Virus record (IMG/VR): IMGVR_UViG_3300045988_183612
Reading direction: 5' to 3' (one strand)
DNA length: 64,000 nucleotides
Origin: a virus
Every line of letters begins with the position of its first letter. Within the stretch, counting starts at the first letter, position 1. Both the position numbers and the translations under genes were made by a program. The notes under the pieces were generated by a model. It had not been told where the DNA came from. It was given only the letters and a program-made list of their open reading frames with translations, and ran no database searches. Below are positions 8,614 to 19,217 of the stretch, piece by piece.

Positions 8614-8646
8614 TTATTGTGTAAATAAATATAAAGGAGAATAATT

Positions 8647-10980
8647 ATGAGTTCTAAAAAACAACCACTTTATAATGATGATAAAAATATTCCACTAAAA
8701 AAAAGGAAAAATCATCTTTTAACCATATTTAAAATTTTTATATTGATTATTATGATAGTCATATTATTATCTTTAATATCATTATCAGTATTTTATATTA
8801 AATTTTACAGTAAATTCAAATTGGCACAGGAAAATGCATATGAGTCATTACAAAATATGAATCAAGATGAATTTAATAAAGAACTGAATACATATTTTTA
8901 TTATGATGATGGCACATTAATGGCAGCTAATATTAACGGCTCTTATGAATATGTTAATATCAGCGATGTCAGTGATTATATAATACAAGGATATATTGCT
9001 GTGGAAGATAAGAATTTCTATATTCATAAAGGTATTGATGCTAAAGCATTGTTACGAGCTTCTTTGGCTTATATAAAGAATAAAGGAAAAATAACTCAGG
9101 GCGGCAGTACAATTACACAACAGGTTGTAAAAAATATTGTTATAAAAAATTCAGACAAAACAATAGATAGAAAACTTACTGAAATGATAGCATCACTTGA
9201 AATGGAAAAATCATATTCTAAAGAACAAATACTTGAAATGTATTTAAACTCTAATTTCTATGGCAGCAATTGTTACGGAATTCAGGCAGCTTGTAAATAT
9301 TATTTTGGATGTGATGCATCTGATGTAACAATATCTCAGGCCGCAATGTTAATAGGTATTTCAAATGCCCCTACAAAATATAATCCTGAAACAAATTATG
9401 AATTAGCAATATGTAAAAGAAATCAAGTCCTTAATACAATGTATAATCAGAAAATAATTACAGAAAAACAATACAATGAAGCATTAGAAGATCCTCTTGA
9501 TTTAATTTTATATAAAGAAACATCTGATTTACCAACATCTTATGAATTTTCATATACACTTAAATGTTCTATTGAATATCTTATGGAAATAAATGGATTT
9601 AATTTTAAATACCTTTTTGATTCTTCAGAAGATGAGCAAGATTATATTAATCAATATAATAAAATATACTCTAAGTACAAAGAAGAAATATTAACTGGAG
9701 GATACAGGATATATACTTCAATAGATAAAGATAAGCAGCTTGAGCTATTACAAATTTCAAAAAATGTTTTATCACAATATGATAACAGCTTATCCGAGGA
9801 TGGGCGGCATCTTCTTCAAACATCATCCATGTGTATTGATAATGAAACTGGATATGTTAGAGCAATTATAGGTGGACAAGAAGATAATGAATATATAAAT
9901 AGAGCATATCAATCTCCTAGACAACCAGGCTCTTCCATTAAACCAATATTAGATTATGCTCCGGCTTTTGATATTTTAGACTATCATCCATCATCTATGA
10001 TTTTGGATTCTCCACTTGAGGGTAAATATCAGCCTAAAAATCATGATGGATATTACAGAGGCAATATTTCAGTAAGAACAGCTTTATTACAATCAGTCAA
10101 TACAACGGCTGTTAAAACATTAATGAATGTTGGAATAAATAATTGTTTAGAGTATTTAAATAAAATGCACTTTTATAATATTTCATATGAAGATAATAAT
10201 AATGCTGCAATTGCCATAGGTGGTTTTACAAATGGTGTAACAGTAGAAAACATGACTAAAGCATACAATGCATTAGCTAATAATGGTAAATACAATAATA
10301 ATACATGCATCAAACATATGTTGCGTCAAAATGAAGAAATATATCAAAATAAAGAAGATATTCAAGTATATAAAAAAGGCACCGCTTATATGATGACAGA
10401 TTGTTTAATTTCAAATTTTACAGAAGGATACGTCAAAAATTATCAAATAGATAATCAGATTTGTGCAGGAAAAACAGGAACTACAAATGATAATAAGGAT
10501 TCCTGGTTATGTGCTTATACACCATATTATACAACATGTGTATGGACCGGATATGATATTCCTAAAAATTTTGATAATGGTTCAGCAATATGTGGAGAAA
10601 TATGGGAGCAGTTTAATGAATATTTGCACCAGAATTTAGATAATAAGGAATTTGAGAAACCTGAAACTATTTATGAGCATTATATTGACTGGGAAGGGAA
10701 AAAATGTAATTATAATTCTGGTAAAAAAGATTTTTTTCAAATCGATTTTCCTAATTATGAAAATGCCAGTTTTTGTTACAAAAAAGCATATGATGCTTTA
10801 AAAGAAGCTGAGAATACTAATATTTCAGATTATAAAACTGCTAATACTGTTATAAAAAGTCTTGATGATGTTATTATCGATAAGAATGCATTAACTGATC
10901 AACAAGAAATTGATGCTATAAATAAATACTGGGATGAAATATATAATAATATTTTAATAAAAAGACAACAGTTTGGATAA
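8647..10980 (+). CDS. class A penicillin-binding protein (GT51 transglycosylase + transpeptidase)
   Basis: N-terminal TM anchor. GT51 motifs [29 protein letters not shown]...ILEMYLN. Transpeptidase motifs SSIK (SxxK), SVN, KTGTT. Confidence 0.85.
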   Translation: MSSKKQPLYNDDKNIPLKKRKNHLLTIFKIFILIIMIVILLSLISLSVFYIKFYSKFKLAQENAYESLQNMNQDEFNKELNTYFYYDDGTLMAANINGSYEYVNISDVSDYIIQGYIAVEDKNFYIHKGIDAKALLRASLAYIKNKGKITQGGSTITQQVVKNIVIKNSDKTIDRKLTEMIASLEMEKSYSKEQILEMYLNSNFYGSNCYGIQAACKYYFGCDASDVTISQAAMLIGISNAPTKYNPETNYELAICKRNQVLNTMYNQKIITEKQYNEALEDPLDLILYKETSDLPTSYEFSYTLKCSIEYLMEINGFNFKYLFDSSEDEQDYINQYNKIYSKYKEEILTGGYRIYTSIDKDKQLELLQISKNVLSQYDNSLSEDGRHLLQTSSMCIDNETGYVRAIIGGQEDNEYINRAYQSPRQPGSSIKPILDYAPAFDILDYHPSSMILDSPLEGKYQPKNHDGYYRGNISVRTALLQSVNTTAVKTLMNVGINNCLEYLNKMHFYNISYEDNNNAAIAIGGFTNGVTVENMTKAYNALANNGKYNNNTCIKHMLRQNEEIYQNKEDIQVYKKGTAYMMTDCLISNFTEGYVKNYQIDNQICAGKTGTTNDNKDSWLCAYTPYYTTCVWTGYDIPKNFDNGSAICGEIWEQFNEYLHQNLDNKEFEKPETIYEHYIDWEGKKCNYNSGKKDFFQIDFPNYENASFCYKKAYDALKEAENTNISDYKTANTVIKSLDDVIIDKNALTDQQEIDAINKYWDEIYNNILIKRQQFG

Positions 10981-11001
10981 ATCTTTAACATATACTGTTT
11001 T

Positions 11002-11012
11002 TTCTGTCATAT
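11002..11012 (+). promoter_or_regulatory. TTCTGTCATAT-family motif
   Basis: TTCTGTCATAT, 62 bp before ATG 11066. Confidence 0.55.
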
Positions 11013-11065
11013 ATTTTTTATCAATAAATTTAATGGAGAATAACTCCAAGAAGGGAGTCTTATAT

Positions 11066-11353
11066 ATGAGACATTTTAAGAAAGCAAAGGAAGAATTAAT
11101 TCCTTATATCAACAAAATTCTTGAAAGAAAGAATATTGATTATTTCTATAGAGATAACGAAATAATTGTAGATTTATCTGGTAATCAGTTTCATAAGATT
11201 GTTACACGAGCTAAGTGCGAAATGCTTAATGAAAAGGATGGGTTGGATAACAGACATACATATTATGTATCCAAAGCAGAAAATATTGCCCGCTTAATGA
11301 GCGACAATCCGGAATATGAATTCTTTATAGAATATCCATATAATCCAGATTAA
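11066..11353 (+). CDS. hypothetical protein
   Basis: ATG with an AAGAAGGGAG RBS. The upstream extension to 10973 in the ORF track overlaps the PBP gene end. Confidence 0.45.
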   Translation: MRHFKKAKEELIPYINKILERKNIDYFYRDNEIIVDLSGNQFHKIVTRAKCEMLNEKDGLDNRHTYYVSKAENIARLMSDNPEYEFFIEYPYNPD

Positions 11354-11383
11354 ATAATTTTGAAAATTAGAACTATTTGTTTA

Positions 11384-11429
11384 GCTACCTTAAAATGTCT
11401 TTATAGACTTTTTAGGGTAGCTTTTTTTG
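11384..11429 (+). terminator. rho-independent terminator
   Basis: GCTACCTTAAAA...TTTTTAGGGTAGC stem plus TTTTTTT. Confidence 0.55.
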
Positions 11430-11461
11430 TTCGCACATTGCGAAGAAAGGAACGCTGCACT

Positions 11462-12109
11462 ATGGCAGAATTAAATGAAATTATGTCAGACAAAAAGGCT
11501 GGCACATATAAAAAGGATTTTTTTAATGTAGCATCATATATCGAAAAATTTTATGATGCAGAAGAATATCTTTTCAATTTCGAAGCTAATGATTTGGTTG
11601 AAACCAGATCAGGAGCAAATGATTATGTTGAGGAACATACTCCTCATGTGCTACAACATATAGCTCCAGAAATTTCATGGGCTATAAATAAAATTTCTGA
11701 AGCTACAAAAGAAAAGAAAGGAATTAAAGGCGCTAAGAATGGTACCTTTCATCCTACATGGTTTGATTCATTAGAAAGTGCATCTGAAGCATTAGAGAGA
11801 GTTTTAATTGCTTCAAATAATACTTCTATTATTTCTAAAATTCAGAACTGGTGTGAGGATAGAGATATTTATTACAACGACAAAAGACATAATCGTTTAG
11901 TTATAGATATAGTATCTAATACGGTTATAGGAAAAGGAATTGTAAAAGGTACAAATTATGATATTCCTTTTGACTGTCATGGACTTCATATTGTTTTAGA
12001 ATATACAATTTCTAAAAAAGATGGAGAATTTGCAGTCTATGATATGTACCCATATTTCACAGAAGAGGATTGGAGCATAATTAAAAAAGCTAAAAATAAA
12101 AAATCTTAA
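11462..12109 (+). CDS. hypothetical protein
   Basis: Start chosen at MAELNEIM after a hairpin terminator at 11384..11429 (AAAGGAAC RBS). The ORF track extension from 11360 runs through the terminator. Confidence 0.5.
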   Translation: MAELNEIMSDKKAGTYKKDFFNVASYIEKFYDAEEYLFNFEANDLVETRSGANDYVEEHTPHVLQHIAPEISWAINKISEATKEKKGIKGAKNGTFHPTWFDSLESASEALERVLIASNNTSIISKIQNWCEDRDIYYNDKRHNRLVIDIVSNTVIGKGIVKGTNYDIPFDCHGLHIVLEYTISKKDGEFAVYDMYPYFTEEDWSIIKKAKNKKS

Positions 12110-12170
12110 GCAAAAGCAGTCATCATTTGATGGCTGTTTTTTATATTGTTTTTCGAAAAATATTTTTTTA

Positions 12171-12181
12171 AACTGTCATAT
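12171..12181 (+). promoter_or_regulatory. TTCTGTCATAT-family motif
   Basis: AACTGTCATAT, 52 bp before ATG 12225. Confidence 0.55.
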
Positions 12182-12224
12182 ATTTATTAATTAAGATTTT
12201 AATTTAAGGAGTTAAATAGATATT

Positions 12225-12839
12225 ATGTTTATTAATATACCATGTATTGAAAATACCAAAAAAGAAAATGGGCTGTATTCATATGAATTAAAATTCCCAG
12301 ATATCATACAAGAAAACAAAAAGCATATAATACAAAATTCAAGACTTTCTGAAAATAACAAAATTGATTTAAGTGGAACACTTGCATATAACAATAATTA
12401 TTATAATTTATTTTCAGATAAAAACAGATTATTCGTTTTTAATTTTCAATCAAGTGATCTTTATATTATTGATCAGGGAGAAAGTTATTATGAACGAAAA
12501 AAATATTTCTATAGAACAATTAGAGATGGAGAAAACGTCTATTCATTATATGAATCAAAATTATTTAATAAAAACCTTATGTGTATTAAAAAAAATAATG
12601 AAATTATTGTTGTTGTATTACAGTCAATTAATCATGAAACAGAAATATACAATAAATTCTTTTGCTTAGAAAAGAATAAAAGAAATATATCTTATAATTG
12701 CAAAATTAGTAACGATGAAAATAATTTTATTATTTATGCGCTAATCACAATAGGGCACTATGATTGCGTAAAATATTCTAGTAAATTCATAGAATTACAA
12801 GACACAAGTAAATGGATAGAATGGTTTTCTAAACACTAA
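12225..12839 (+). CDS. hypothetical protein
   Basis: AAGGAG RBS, motif at 12171. Confidence 0.5.
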   Translation: MFINIPCIENTKKENGLYSYELKFPDIIQENKKHIIQNSRLSENNKIDLSGTLAYNNNYYNLFSDKNRLFVFNFQSSDLYIIDQGESYYERKKYFYRTIRDGENVYSLYESKLFNKNLMCIKKNNEIIVVVLQSINHETEIYNKFFCLEKNKRNISYNCKISNDENNFIIYALITIGHYDCVKYSSKFIELQDTSKWIEWFSKH

Positions 12840-12908
12840 TTTAAAAAATCACAGCATTTAAGATTTTAATTTAAGAAACAGTATCATAATTTTCATCTTA
12901 TTTTATAT

Positions 12909-12919
12909 TTCTGTCATTC
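12909..12919 (+). promoter_or_regulatory. TTCTGTCATAT-family motif
   Basis: TTCTGTCATTC, 42 bp before ATG 12953. Confidence 0.55.
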
Positions 12920-12952
12920 AATATATATAATAACAAAGCCAAAGGAGAAAAA

Positions 12953-13168
12953 ATGAAGAAGAGATATCAAAAAATGATAGGTGACAGAAAAATATTAATG
13001 CCAATTGCAGATGCACAACAATTAATGGTAATAGCAGATGATTTTTGTGTATTAAATGATAACAGAACTCAGGATTCTATTATTAATATTATTTGCGGAA
13101 GCAAAACATATAATGATGGATTAAGAAAAGTAATCGATATTATTGATACAACTGTACTGGCATCTTAA
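12953..13168 (+). CDS. hypothetical protein (71 aa)
   Basis: AAAGGAGAAAAAATG, motif at 12909. Confidence 0.5.
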   Translation: MKKRYQKMIGDRKILMPIADAQQLMVIADDFCVLNDNRTQDSIINIICGSKTYNDGLRKVIDIIDTTVLAS

Positions 13169-13180
13169 GGAGGTAAATTT

Positions 13181-13693
13181 ATGTATAAATATTATGCTTT
13201 AAAGGATACTATAGAGGAAATCCCGGATTCAATTGAGCCAATAGCTTTTCAAAATTTTAATGAAGCTAAAGATATCATTATAAAGAAGCATGAATCTGAA
13301 AATTCAGAAAGAATAACTGCATTTGGATTTTTATTATCCAAAACTATTATTTCTAAGGCTGATTTAGAAAAGTATAACTGGTATGATGCAGGTATAGTAG
13401 ACCGTCATACATGTGTATCAGAGCTTCCGAGTATAATACAAGAAGCTTTAAGAAGAGAAATAAATCAATTTTATAAAAACTCTAATAGCAATTATAGTAT
13501 GAATCGTGAGAATTTTCTGAGTTTTTACGGAAGTTTTAAACTTGAAGATTTACATAGAATGATGCCAAGAATTGCTAATAAATATAATCTGATTTCAGAC
13601 AAAGATAAATCACCAATAGAAAAATTATTTGATGATAATATAAGAATTGAAAATATTGAACATACAATTACTTCTTCGAATTCATCAATTTAA
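13181..13693 (+). CDS. hypothetical protein
   Basis: AAGGAGG RBS. Co-transcribed with the previous gene. Confidence 0.5.
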   Translation: MYKYYALKDTIEEIPDSIEPIAFQNFNEAKDIIIKKHESENSERITAFGFLLSKTIISKADLEKYNWYDAGIVDRHTCVSELPSIIQEALRREINQFYKNSNSNYSMNRENFLSFYGSFKLEDLHRMMPRIANKYNLISDKDKSPIEKLFDDNIRIENIEHTITSSNSSI

Positions 13694-13723
13694 AAAACAA
13701 CTAGAAAAAAGGAGAATACAATA

Positions 13724-14092
13724 ATGGTAACAACAGCAACAGTGTCAACAAATGCAATAAATAAGACAAATAAGACAATAAAGGTAGGACTCAAAAGATG
13801 TCCATTTTGTAGAAAGTGGGACTCAATGAGTATTATCCCTATTAAAACTAATGGCTTTAAGATTACTTGCGATTACGCAAAAGGAGGCTGTGGAGCCAGC
13901 GGTGGAATGGGTAAGACTAAAGATGAAGCAATAAAAATGTGGAATCTAAGAGTTCCTATTGATCATTTACGTCATGATGTTTCTGAAAAATCATATCATA
14001 ATAGTTTAATGAATTGTGAAGTAATTCCTTCTACGGAAATATATGATGCATTAAATGATGAACAAGAAAAATATTTAGAAATGAATATTTAA
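13724..14092 (+). CDS. Lar-like restriction-alleviation zinc-ribbon protein
   Basis: Zinc-ribbon motif CPFC...C..C, followed by DEAIKMWNLR, which matches the Lar-family C-terminal AIxAWNxR signature. Confidence 0.45.
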   Translation: MVTTATVSTNAINKTNKTIKVGLKRCPFCRKWDSMSIIPIKTNGFKITCDYAKGGCGASGGMGKTKDEAIKMWNLRVPIDHLRHDVSEKSYHNSLMNCEVIPSTEIYDALNDEQEKYLEMNI

Positions 14093-14111
14093 AATGTAAA
14101 TTAATGATTTA

Positions 14112-14140
14112 AAACAGGGTATATATTGCCCTGTTTTTTA
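14112..14140 (+). terminator. rho-independent terminator
   Basis: AAAACAGGGTATATATTGCCCTGTTTTTT. Confidence 0.7.
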
Positions 14141-14145
14141 TTTTG

Positions 14146-14156
14146 TTCTGTCATAT
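14146..14156 (+). promoter_or_regulatory. TTCTGTCATAT-family motif
   Basis: TTCTGTCATAT, 71 bp before ATG 14219. Confidence 0.55.
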
Positions 14157-14218
14157 ATATTATATAGAATTAATTTTCTATCAAACAATATAAGATTAAT
14201 ATATTTTGGAGGATTTAT

Positions 14219-15538
14219 ATGATAACAAAAGTTGAATTTAAGGAAAATAGTAATAAAAACAATAATGTAAAAAAAAGAGCAAATAGGAAATATCCTAAAG
14301 AAATTTTAAAAGCATTTAAATATGATTATAACAAATGTGATATTTTTTATAAAACAATGTATGGATATATGTGCGGCAGGCATATATTAGAATTATCACC
14401 ATTACATATTTATAATTTACAAAATGGATATAATGCAAAAAAGAATGCACTTATTAATTTATTTAAATATGATGATGTTGTTAAATTAAATATTGAAAAT
14501 TTACCTACACGCTCTATTATCGAATTAGCTGACTTAGCTTATGGAATGATTTATAAGGGGTTGGTATTTAAATTAAAAGGATTAGATTTAAATTATTTTA
14601 TGACTCCTGACAAAATTATTAATGCCGGTAATGTTATAAAAAATCATAACGGCACTGAAATTTATGGAGGAAATACAATAAGAGATTTCTTAGCTCATTA
14701 TAGTGTTAATGAGAAAAAATCAAATCTTACAGAAGATAAATTAAATAATATAACAAATTTTTTAAATGAAAGAATAAATATGTATAAAAATTACGGTTCA
14801 ATAAAAAGTATCCCTTTTTCTGTGTTCAGATATTCTTTATATATAAAGACTGATGAAAACAAAAACATTATTGTCCCTGATATAGAAGCAAAACATAATT
14901 TACAAAAAATATTAGGTGTGGAATTATATGAAAAATATCATATTAAGGAACTTAGTATGATAAAAGCGACATATTTTGAAGCAAAAATTATTAAACAGAT
15001 AAAGAAAACATTAACAAAAGAAATGAATTCTGTAGCAAATAATCTTTTAATTGATATTCCAGAGGGAAAATTAAAGGAACACGCTATTTTAGCATCGTCA
15101 ATTGATAATGTAACAGCAATAACTGGTAGTGGAATTATTTGTAATATTCTTGAATTTATGTCAAATAATATTATAAATATTAAAAAATTGTATGCTGAGC
15201 CTGAAAGATTATTTACCGCTGAAGAACAGAAGTCATTATTCCAAATTGAATATACAGCTTTGCGTATGAATCAATTTGAAGCAGGACATAATGTTTTATG
15301 GATTAATGATATTTCAAAGGCTATTAAAGGTAAATATGCAAATTTAAAGTCATTGCAATTATGCATAGAATATAATTTTGCCCCTGTTATTAATGATAAG
15401 TCAATTTTAGATTACAAAATCAGTTATGATGTCCTTTATAATTTTTATGTTCAGTACATAATTGGCTTTGATAAAAACCAAATAATAGAAAATAATGAAG
15501 AAATTATGACTGCATTATCTAATATTATTACTCATTAA
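14219..15538 (+). CDS. hypothetical protein (439 aa)
   Basis: GGAGG RBS, motif at 14146. Confidence 0.5.
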   Translation: MITKVEFKENSNKNNNVKKRANRKYPKEILKAFKYDYNKCDIFYKTMYGYMCGRHILELSPLHIYNLQNGYNAKKNALINLFKYDDVVKLNIENLPTRSIIELADLAYGMIYKGLVFKLKGLDLNYFMTPDKIINAGNVIKNHNGTEIYGGNTIRDFLAHYSVNEKKSNLTEDKLNNITNFLNERINMYKNYGSIKSIPFSVFRYSLYIKTDENKNIIVPDIEAKHNLQKILGVELYEKYHIKELSMIKATYFEAKIIKQIKKTLTKEMNSVANNLLIDIPEGKLKEHAILASSIDNVTAITGSGIICNILEFMSNNIINIKKLYAEPERLFTAEEQKSLFQIEYTALRMNQFEAGHNVLWINDISKAIKGKYANLKSLQLCIEYNFAPVINDKSILDYKISYDVLYNFYVQYIIGFDKNQIIENNEEIMTALSNIITH

Positions 15539-15560
15539 AACCAATTTTTTAGGAGGCCGT

Positions 15561-16181
15561 ATGAAAATAAAATGTTATGCAAATAACTATATGAATATTC
15601 CTGAATATATGGAAATAAAACTTAAAAATAATCAATCTGTTTTAATAAATATTAGTGATTCTGAAACTCAAGATGAAGAATACTTTGAATGTTCAGAAGC
15701 TGAAATTTTAGGAGATGCAGCAGATGAATATGATAGCGACACAAGATTTTTAGATGAAGAACTGAATATTATAGTAAATGATTTTGATTGTGGATTATTT
15801 TGGGAAAAAGTAATATTTGAAGATAATGAAGGTACTGTGATCTATACAATTAATGATGATGAAATCAATATAAGTTCACAATGGAATAATAAAATTGATT
15901 CTGAAGCTGTTAATAAAGATGATAATTTAAATAATAATAAATCTGAAATAAAACAAAATATAAACAATAATGTATTCGATTTATTAAAAGAGGATGAAGG
16001 ATATATTGAAAAAGGAGATATTATGATAATTAACGGTCAGGAGTATTGTTCTTTTAAAAAGCTTGCTGAATTATCACAAAGCCTGTCCCCAGATGATAGA
16101 ATTAAAATTATTAAATCTATTCAAAAAACACAAAATAAACAATTAAATATAAAAAATATGGAAGAAGATATATCCAGATAA
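15561..16181 (+). CDS. acidic hypothetical protein
   Basis: AGGAGG RBS. Asp/Glu/Asn-rich. Confidence 0.5.
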   Translation: MKIKCYANNYMNIPEYMEIKLKNNQSVLINISDSETQDEEYFECSEAEILGDAADEYDSDTRFLDEELNIIVNDFDCGLFWEKVIFEDNEGTVIYTINDDEINISSQWNNKIDSEAVNKDDNLNNNKSEIKQNINNNVFDLLKEDEGYIEKGDIMIINGQEYCSFKKLAELSQSLSPDDRIKIIKSIQKTQNKQLNIKNMEEDISR

Positions 16182-16205
16182 TACTTTACTTTATCAAACT
16201 ATTGT

Positions 16206-16243
16206 AAAAGTCTTTATGTTTAATCGCATAAAGACTTTTTTTC
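16206..16243 (+). terminator. rho-independent terminator
   Basis: AAAGTCTTTATG...CATAAAGACTTTTTTT. Confidence 0.7.
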
Positions 16244-16253
16244 TCTGTCATAT
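16243..16253 (+). promoter_or_regulatory. TTCTGTCATAT-family motif
   Basis: CTCTGTCATAT, 42 bp before ATG 16287. Confidence 0.6.
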
Positions 16254-16286
16254 ATATAATGAACAATATATTAATGGAGAAACATT

Positions 16287-17030
16287 ATGAAAAAATTTTT
16301 AAAACAATTCAATGTTACTTTAAGTTTATTTTTATTTTCACTGTGTATTTGCTTATGTAATTTTAAGCCATATGTGTATGCGGCTGAAAACAAAAAATGT
16401 TCTAATTTTACAAACCATACAATAAAGCCTAATCAATCAGCTTTTTTTACAACAATTCAAAAGAAAATATCAGATAATTCATTAGATGATGATGTTAATT
16501 GTCAAACAATTGAAGAAGTTGAAGTTAATGAAGATAATTCAGATTTAAAATCCGATTCGGATAAAAACGATATTCCTAATATTTATTTATCTGAATATGA
16601 ATTATATGATACTCCTGATAATTGCCATTTCAAATCCTTTATGGATTATAGAACAATTACAGATAAAACATCTAAGCAATTTGATATGCAAGATAATGAA
16701 GCTTATACAGATGTTAATACCGGTCTTAGAATGGTAAATGATAGATATTGTATAGCAGTAGGTTCATTTTATACAAAGACTATAGGTAAAAAAATTGATG
16801 TGGTTTTAGAAAACGGAACTATTATCCCCTGTATTTTTGCTGAAGCTAAATCTGATGAACATACAGATAAACTGACGCATAGGCAGAATCCAAATGGATC
16901 TGTAATAGAATTCATTGTAGATACTCCATTATTGGATAATAGAGTAATCCATACAGGGAACATTGAATCTGTTGATGATTATTTCAAAGGTGAGATTATT
17001 GAAATAAGAGTTGAAAAAGAGGAGCAATAA
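16287..17030 (+). CDS. secreted hypothetical protein (signal peptide)
   Basis: N-terminal hydrophobic signal-like segment ending ...YVYAA. Motif at 16243. Confidence 0.5.
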   Translation: MKKFLKQFNVTLSLFLFSLCICLCNFKPYVYAAENKKCSNFTNHTIKPNQSAFFTTIQKKISDNSLDDDVNCQTIEEVEVNEDNSDLKSDSDKNDIPNIYLSEYELYDTPDNCHFKSFMDYRTITDKTSKQFDMQDNEAYTDVNTGLRMVNDRYCIAVGSFYTKTIGKKIDVVLENGTIIPCIFAEAKSDEHTDKLTHRQNPNGSVIEFIVDTPLLDNRVIHTGNIESVDDYFKGEIIEIRVEKEEQ

Positions 17031-17065
17031 GCTTCTCTTTTTTATGTAAGAAAAATTCACTATAA

Positions 17066-17076
17066 ATCTGTCATAT
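17066..17076 (+). promoter_or_regulatory. TTCTGTCATAT-family motif
   Basis: ATCTGTCATAT. The 55-bp repeat lies between it and the helicase ATG 17181. TTTTTATGTAAG sits 24 nt upstream. Confidence 0.55.
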
Positions 17077-17094
17077 TTTAAATAAAAGATTTTA

Positions 17095-17147
17095 TCGAAG
17101 AATAGTAAGAAAACTCCATCCGACAATAGTCAGTTGCGAGTAGTTCA
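17095..17147 (+). repeat. 55-bp structured intergenic repeat, copy 2
   Basis: ATCGAAGAATAGTAAGAAAACTCCATCCGACAATAGTCAGTTGCGAGTAGTTCA, in the 5' leader of the UvrD helicase gene. Confidence 0.7.
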
Positions 17148-17180
17148 TAAATTTAATAATGGAAAGGATTGTAATAATTT

Positions 17181-19106
17181 ATGATTGATTATAAAGCTGT
17201 TTTAAATGAGCAGCAATATGAAGCTGCTACAACAATTGATGGGCCATTACTTATTATTGCAGGAGCAGGTACAGGTAAAACAGCAACATTAATACATAGA
17301 GTTGCATATATGATAGAAAATGGAATTCCACCTCAGAGTATTCTGCTTTTAACATTCACTAATAAGGCAGCTAATGAAATGAGTGAAAGAGCTGCACAAA
17401 TATTAGATGAAAGATGCAATAAGATTACTGCATGTACATATCATTCTTTTTGTGCCAAAATGTTAAGGATATATGGGGTTTTAGTTGGTCTAAGAAAAAA
17501 CTTTACTATACTTTCTGAGAGCGATGTTGTAAATACAATTAAACTTCTTATAGCTGAAAATCCAGAAAAATATAAAATAAAAAGCGGCTTCTCTGTATCT
17601 GAAATCGCCAAAATATTTAGCATGTCAATTAATCAAGATTTACCATTAGAAACAGTTATTGGGCTTAAAGATAGTAACTTGGCATTTTTATCATATATAT
17701 ATACTGAGCTGTTTGAAAAATACAAAAATTATAAAAAGGAAAATAATCTGGTAGATTATGATGATTTGTTAATATACTTTAACGAATTATTAGATAATAA
17801 AGCTGTCAGAAATCAAATTTCAAGCAGTTATAAATATATTATGGTAGATGAGTATCAAGATACCAATAATCTGCAGGAAAGAATTATATTTAAAATGGCT
17901 CAGAAATATGAGAATCTAGCAGTTGTAGGAGATGATTATCAAAGTATTTATGCTTTCAGAGGAAGCAATGTGTCTAACTTTATTAATTTCCCTAAAAAGC
18001 ATAAAAATTGCAAAGTAATAAAACTTGAAAAGAATTATCGTTCCACTACAGAAATACTTAATTTAGCAAATTCAGTTATGAACCGGTATGCTAATTTTGG
18101 ATATCCTAAGAATATGACAAGTAATAATAAACAAGGAACTATGCCTGAAGTCATAAGCCTTCAAAATCAGGCAGAAGAGGCAACCTGCATTTTAAATAGA
18201 ATAATTAAACTGCATAATAAAAATGTCCCATATAAGGATATAGCAGTGCTAGAGAAGTATTCCAGAGATTCAGCTATATTGGAAACATTGTTAATGAATA
18301 ATAATATTCCATACAAAAAAGTTGGCGGCCCTAAATTTTTTGAAAGAGAAGCTGTCCAGGATATCTTAGCCTATTTAAGAGTTATTGCTAATCCGATTGA
18401 CACATTAGCGTGGTTTAGAATATTGCAATTAATATATGGAATTGGTGATACATATGCAAGAAATATTGTAGAACATGTAACAGAAAAAGATTTCTTGCTG
18501 CATGAGTATCCAACAAAAAAATTTCATCAAGACATGGAAAAATTGCATAATACAATTTTGAATTTTAGAATCAAGTATTATAGGAACCAGTTGAGTATTC
18601 CTGATCTTGTACTAAAAATAAATGAATATTATATTGAACAAAGAAAAGAATTATTGGAAAATGCTAAATTAAATGAAGAGCAAAAAATAAACGAACAGGA
18701 TAAATTAGATGATGATAAAAATATTTTAAAACAGTTGTATGAATTATGTACAGTGTTTAATAATCACAAATCTTTAAACGCTTTTCTTGATAATTTAACT
18801 TTAGGGATGGATAGCAAAGATGAAGAAGAGGGCTTGGTTATTTCAACAGTACATTCAGCAAAAGGTTTGGAATGGGAATATGTATTTGTACTTGATTGTG
18901 TTACAGGAGTTTACCCAGGATTTAATGCTATGAGCATGGCTGAAGAAGAAAGACAGGAAAATCTAAGAGTATTCTATGTTGCTATTACAAGAGCAAAAAA
19001 ACAAATGTACTTATGTGTCCCAGAAATATATCATGAACGTAAAGTATATCTTACCCCATATTTAAAACATTTAAATAATCATATGTCATTTTCGTATAAT
19101 TACTAA
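17181..19106 (+). CDS. UvrD/PcrA/Rep-family SF1 DNA helicase
   Basis: Walker A GAGTGKT, motif II VDEYQDTN, and typical UvrD C-terminal motifs (VHSAKGLEWEYVF, VAITRAK). Confidence 0.9.
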   Translation: MIDYKAVLNEQQYEAATTIDGPLLIIAGAGTGKTATLIHRVAYMIENGIPPQSILLLTFTNKAANEMSERAAQILDERCNKITACTYHSFCAKMLRIYGVLVGLRKNFTILSESDVVNTIKLLIAENPEKYKIKSGFSVSEIAKIFSMSINQDLPLETVIGLKDSNLAFLSYIYTELFEKYKNYKKENNLVDYDDLLIYFNELLDNKAVRNQISSSYKYIMVDEYQDTNNLQERIIFKMAQKYENLAVVGDDYQSIYAFRGSNVSNFINFPKKHKNCKVIKLEKNYRSTTEILNLANSVMNRYANFGYPKNMTSNNKQGTMPEVISLQNQAEEATCILNRIIKLHNKNVPYKDIAVLEKYSRDSAILETLLMNNNIPYKKVGGPKFFEREAVQDILAYLRVIANPIDTLAWFRILQLIYGIGDTYARNIVEHVTEKDFLLHEYPTKKFHQDMEKLHNTILNFRIKYYRNQLSIPDLVLKINEYYIEQRKELLENAKLNEEQKINEQDKLDDDKNILKQLYELCTVFNNHKSLNAFLDNLTLGMDSKDEEEGLVISTVHSAKGLEWEYVFVLDCVTGVYPGFNAMSMAEEERQENLRVFYVAITRAKKQMYLCVPEIYHERKVYLTPYLKHLNNHMSFSYNY

Positions 19107-19180
19107 TATATCCAAGTTTTAATAGTGTCAGAAATGGCACTATTTTTTTTGTGTAAGAAAAAAAATTTTTTTGTCTGTCA

Positions 19181-19191
19181 TAAAGATATAT
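19181..19191 (+). promoter_or_regulatory. TTCTGTCATAT-family motif
   Basis: GTCTGTCATAA, 35 bp before ATG 19218. GTGTAAG sits 24 nt upstream. Confidence 0.55.
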
Positions 19192-19217
19192 ATAAGATTT
19201 TCATAGCGAGGTTATTT

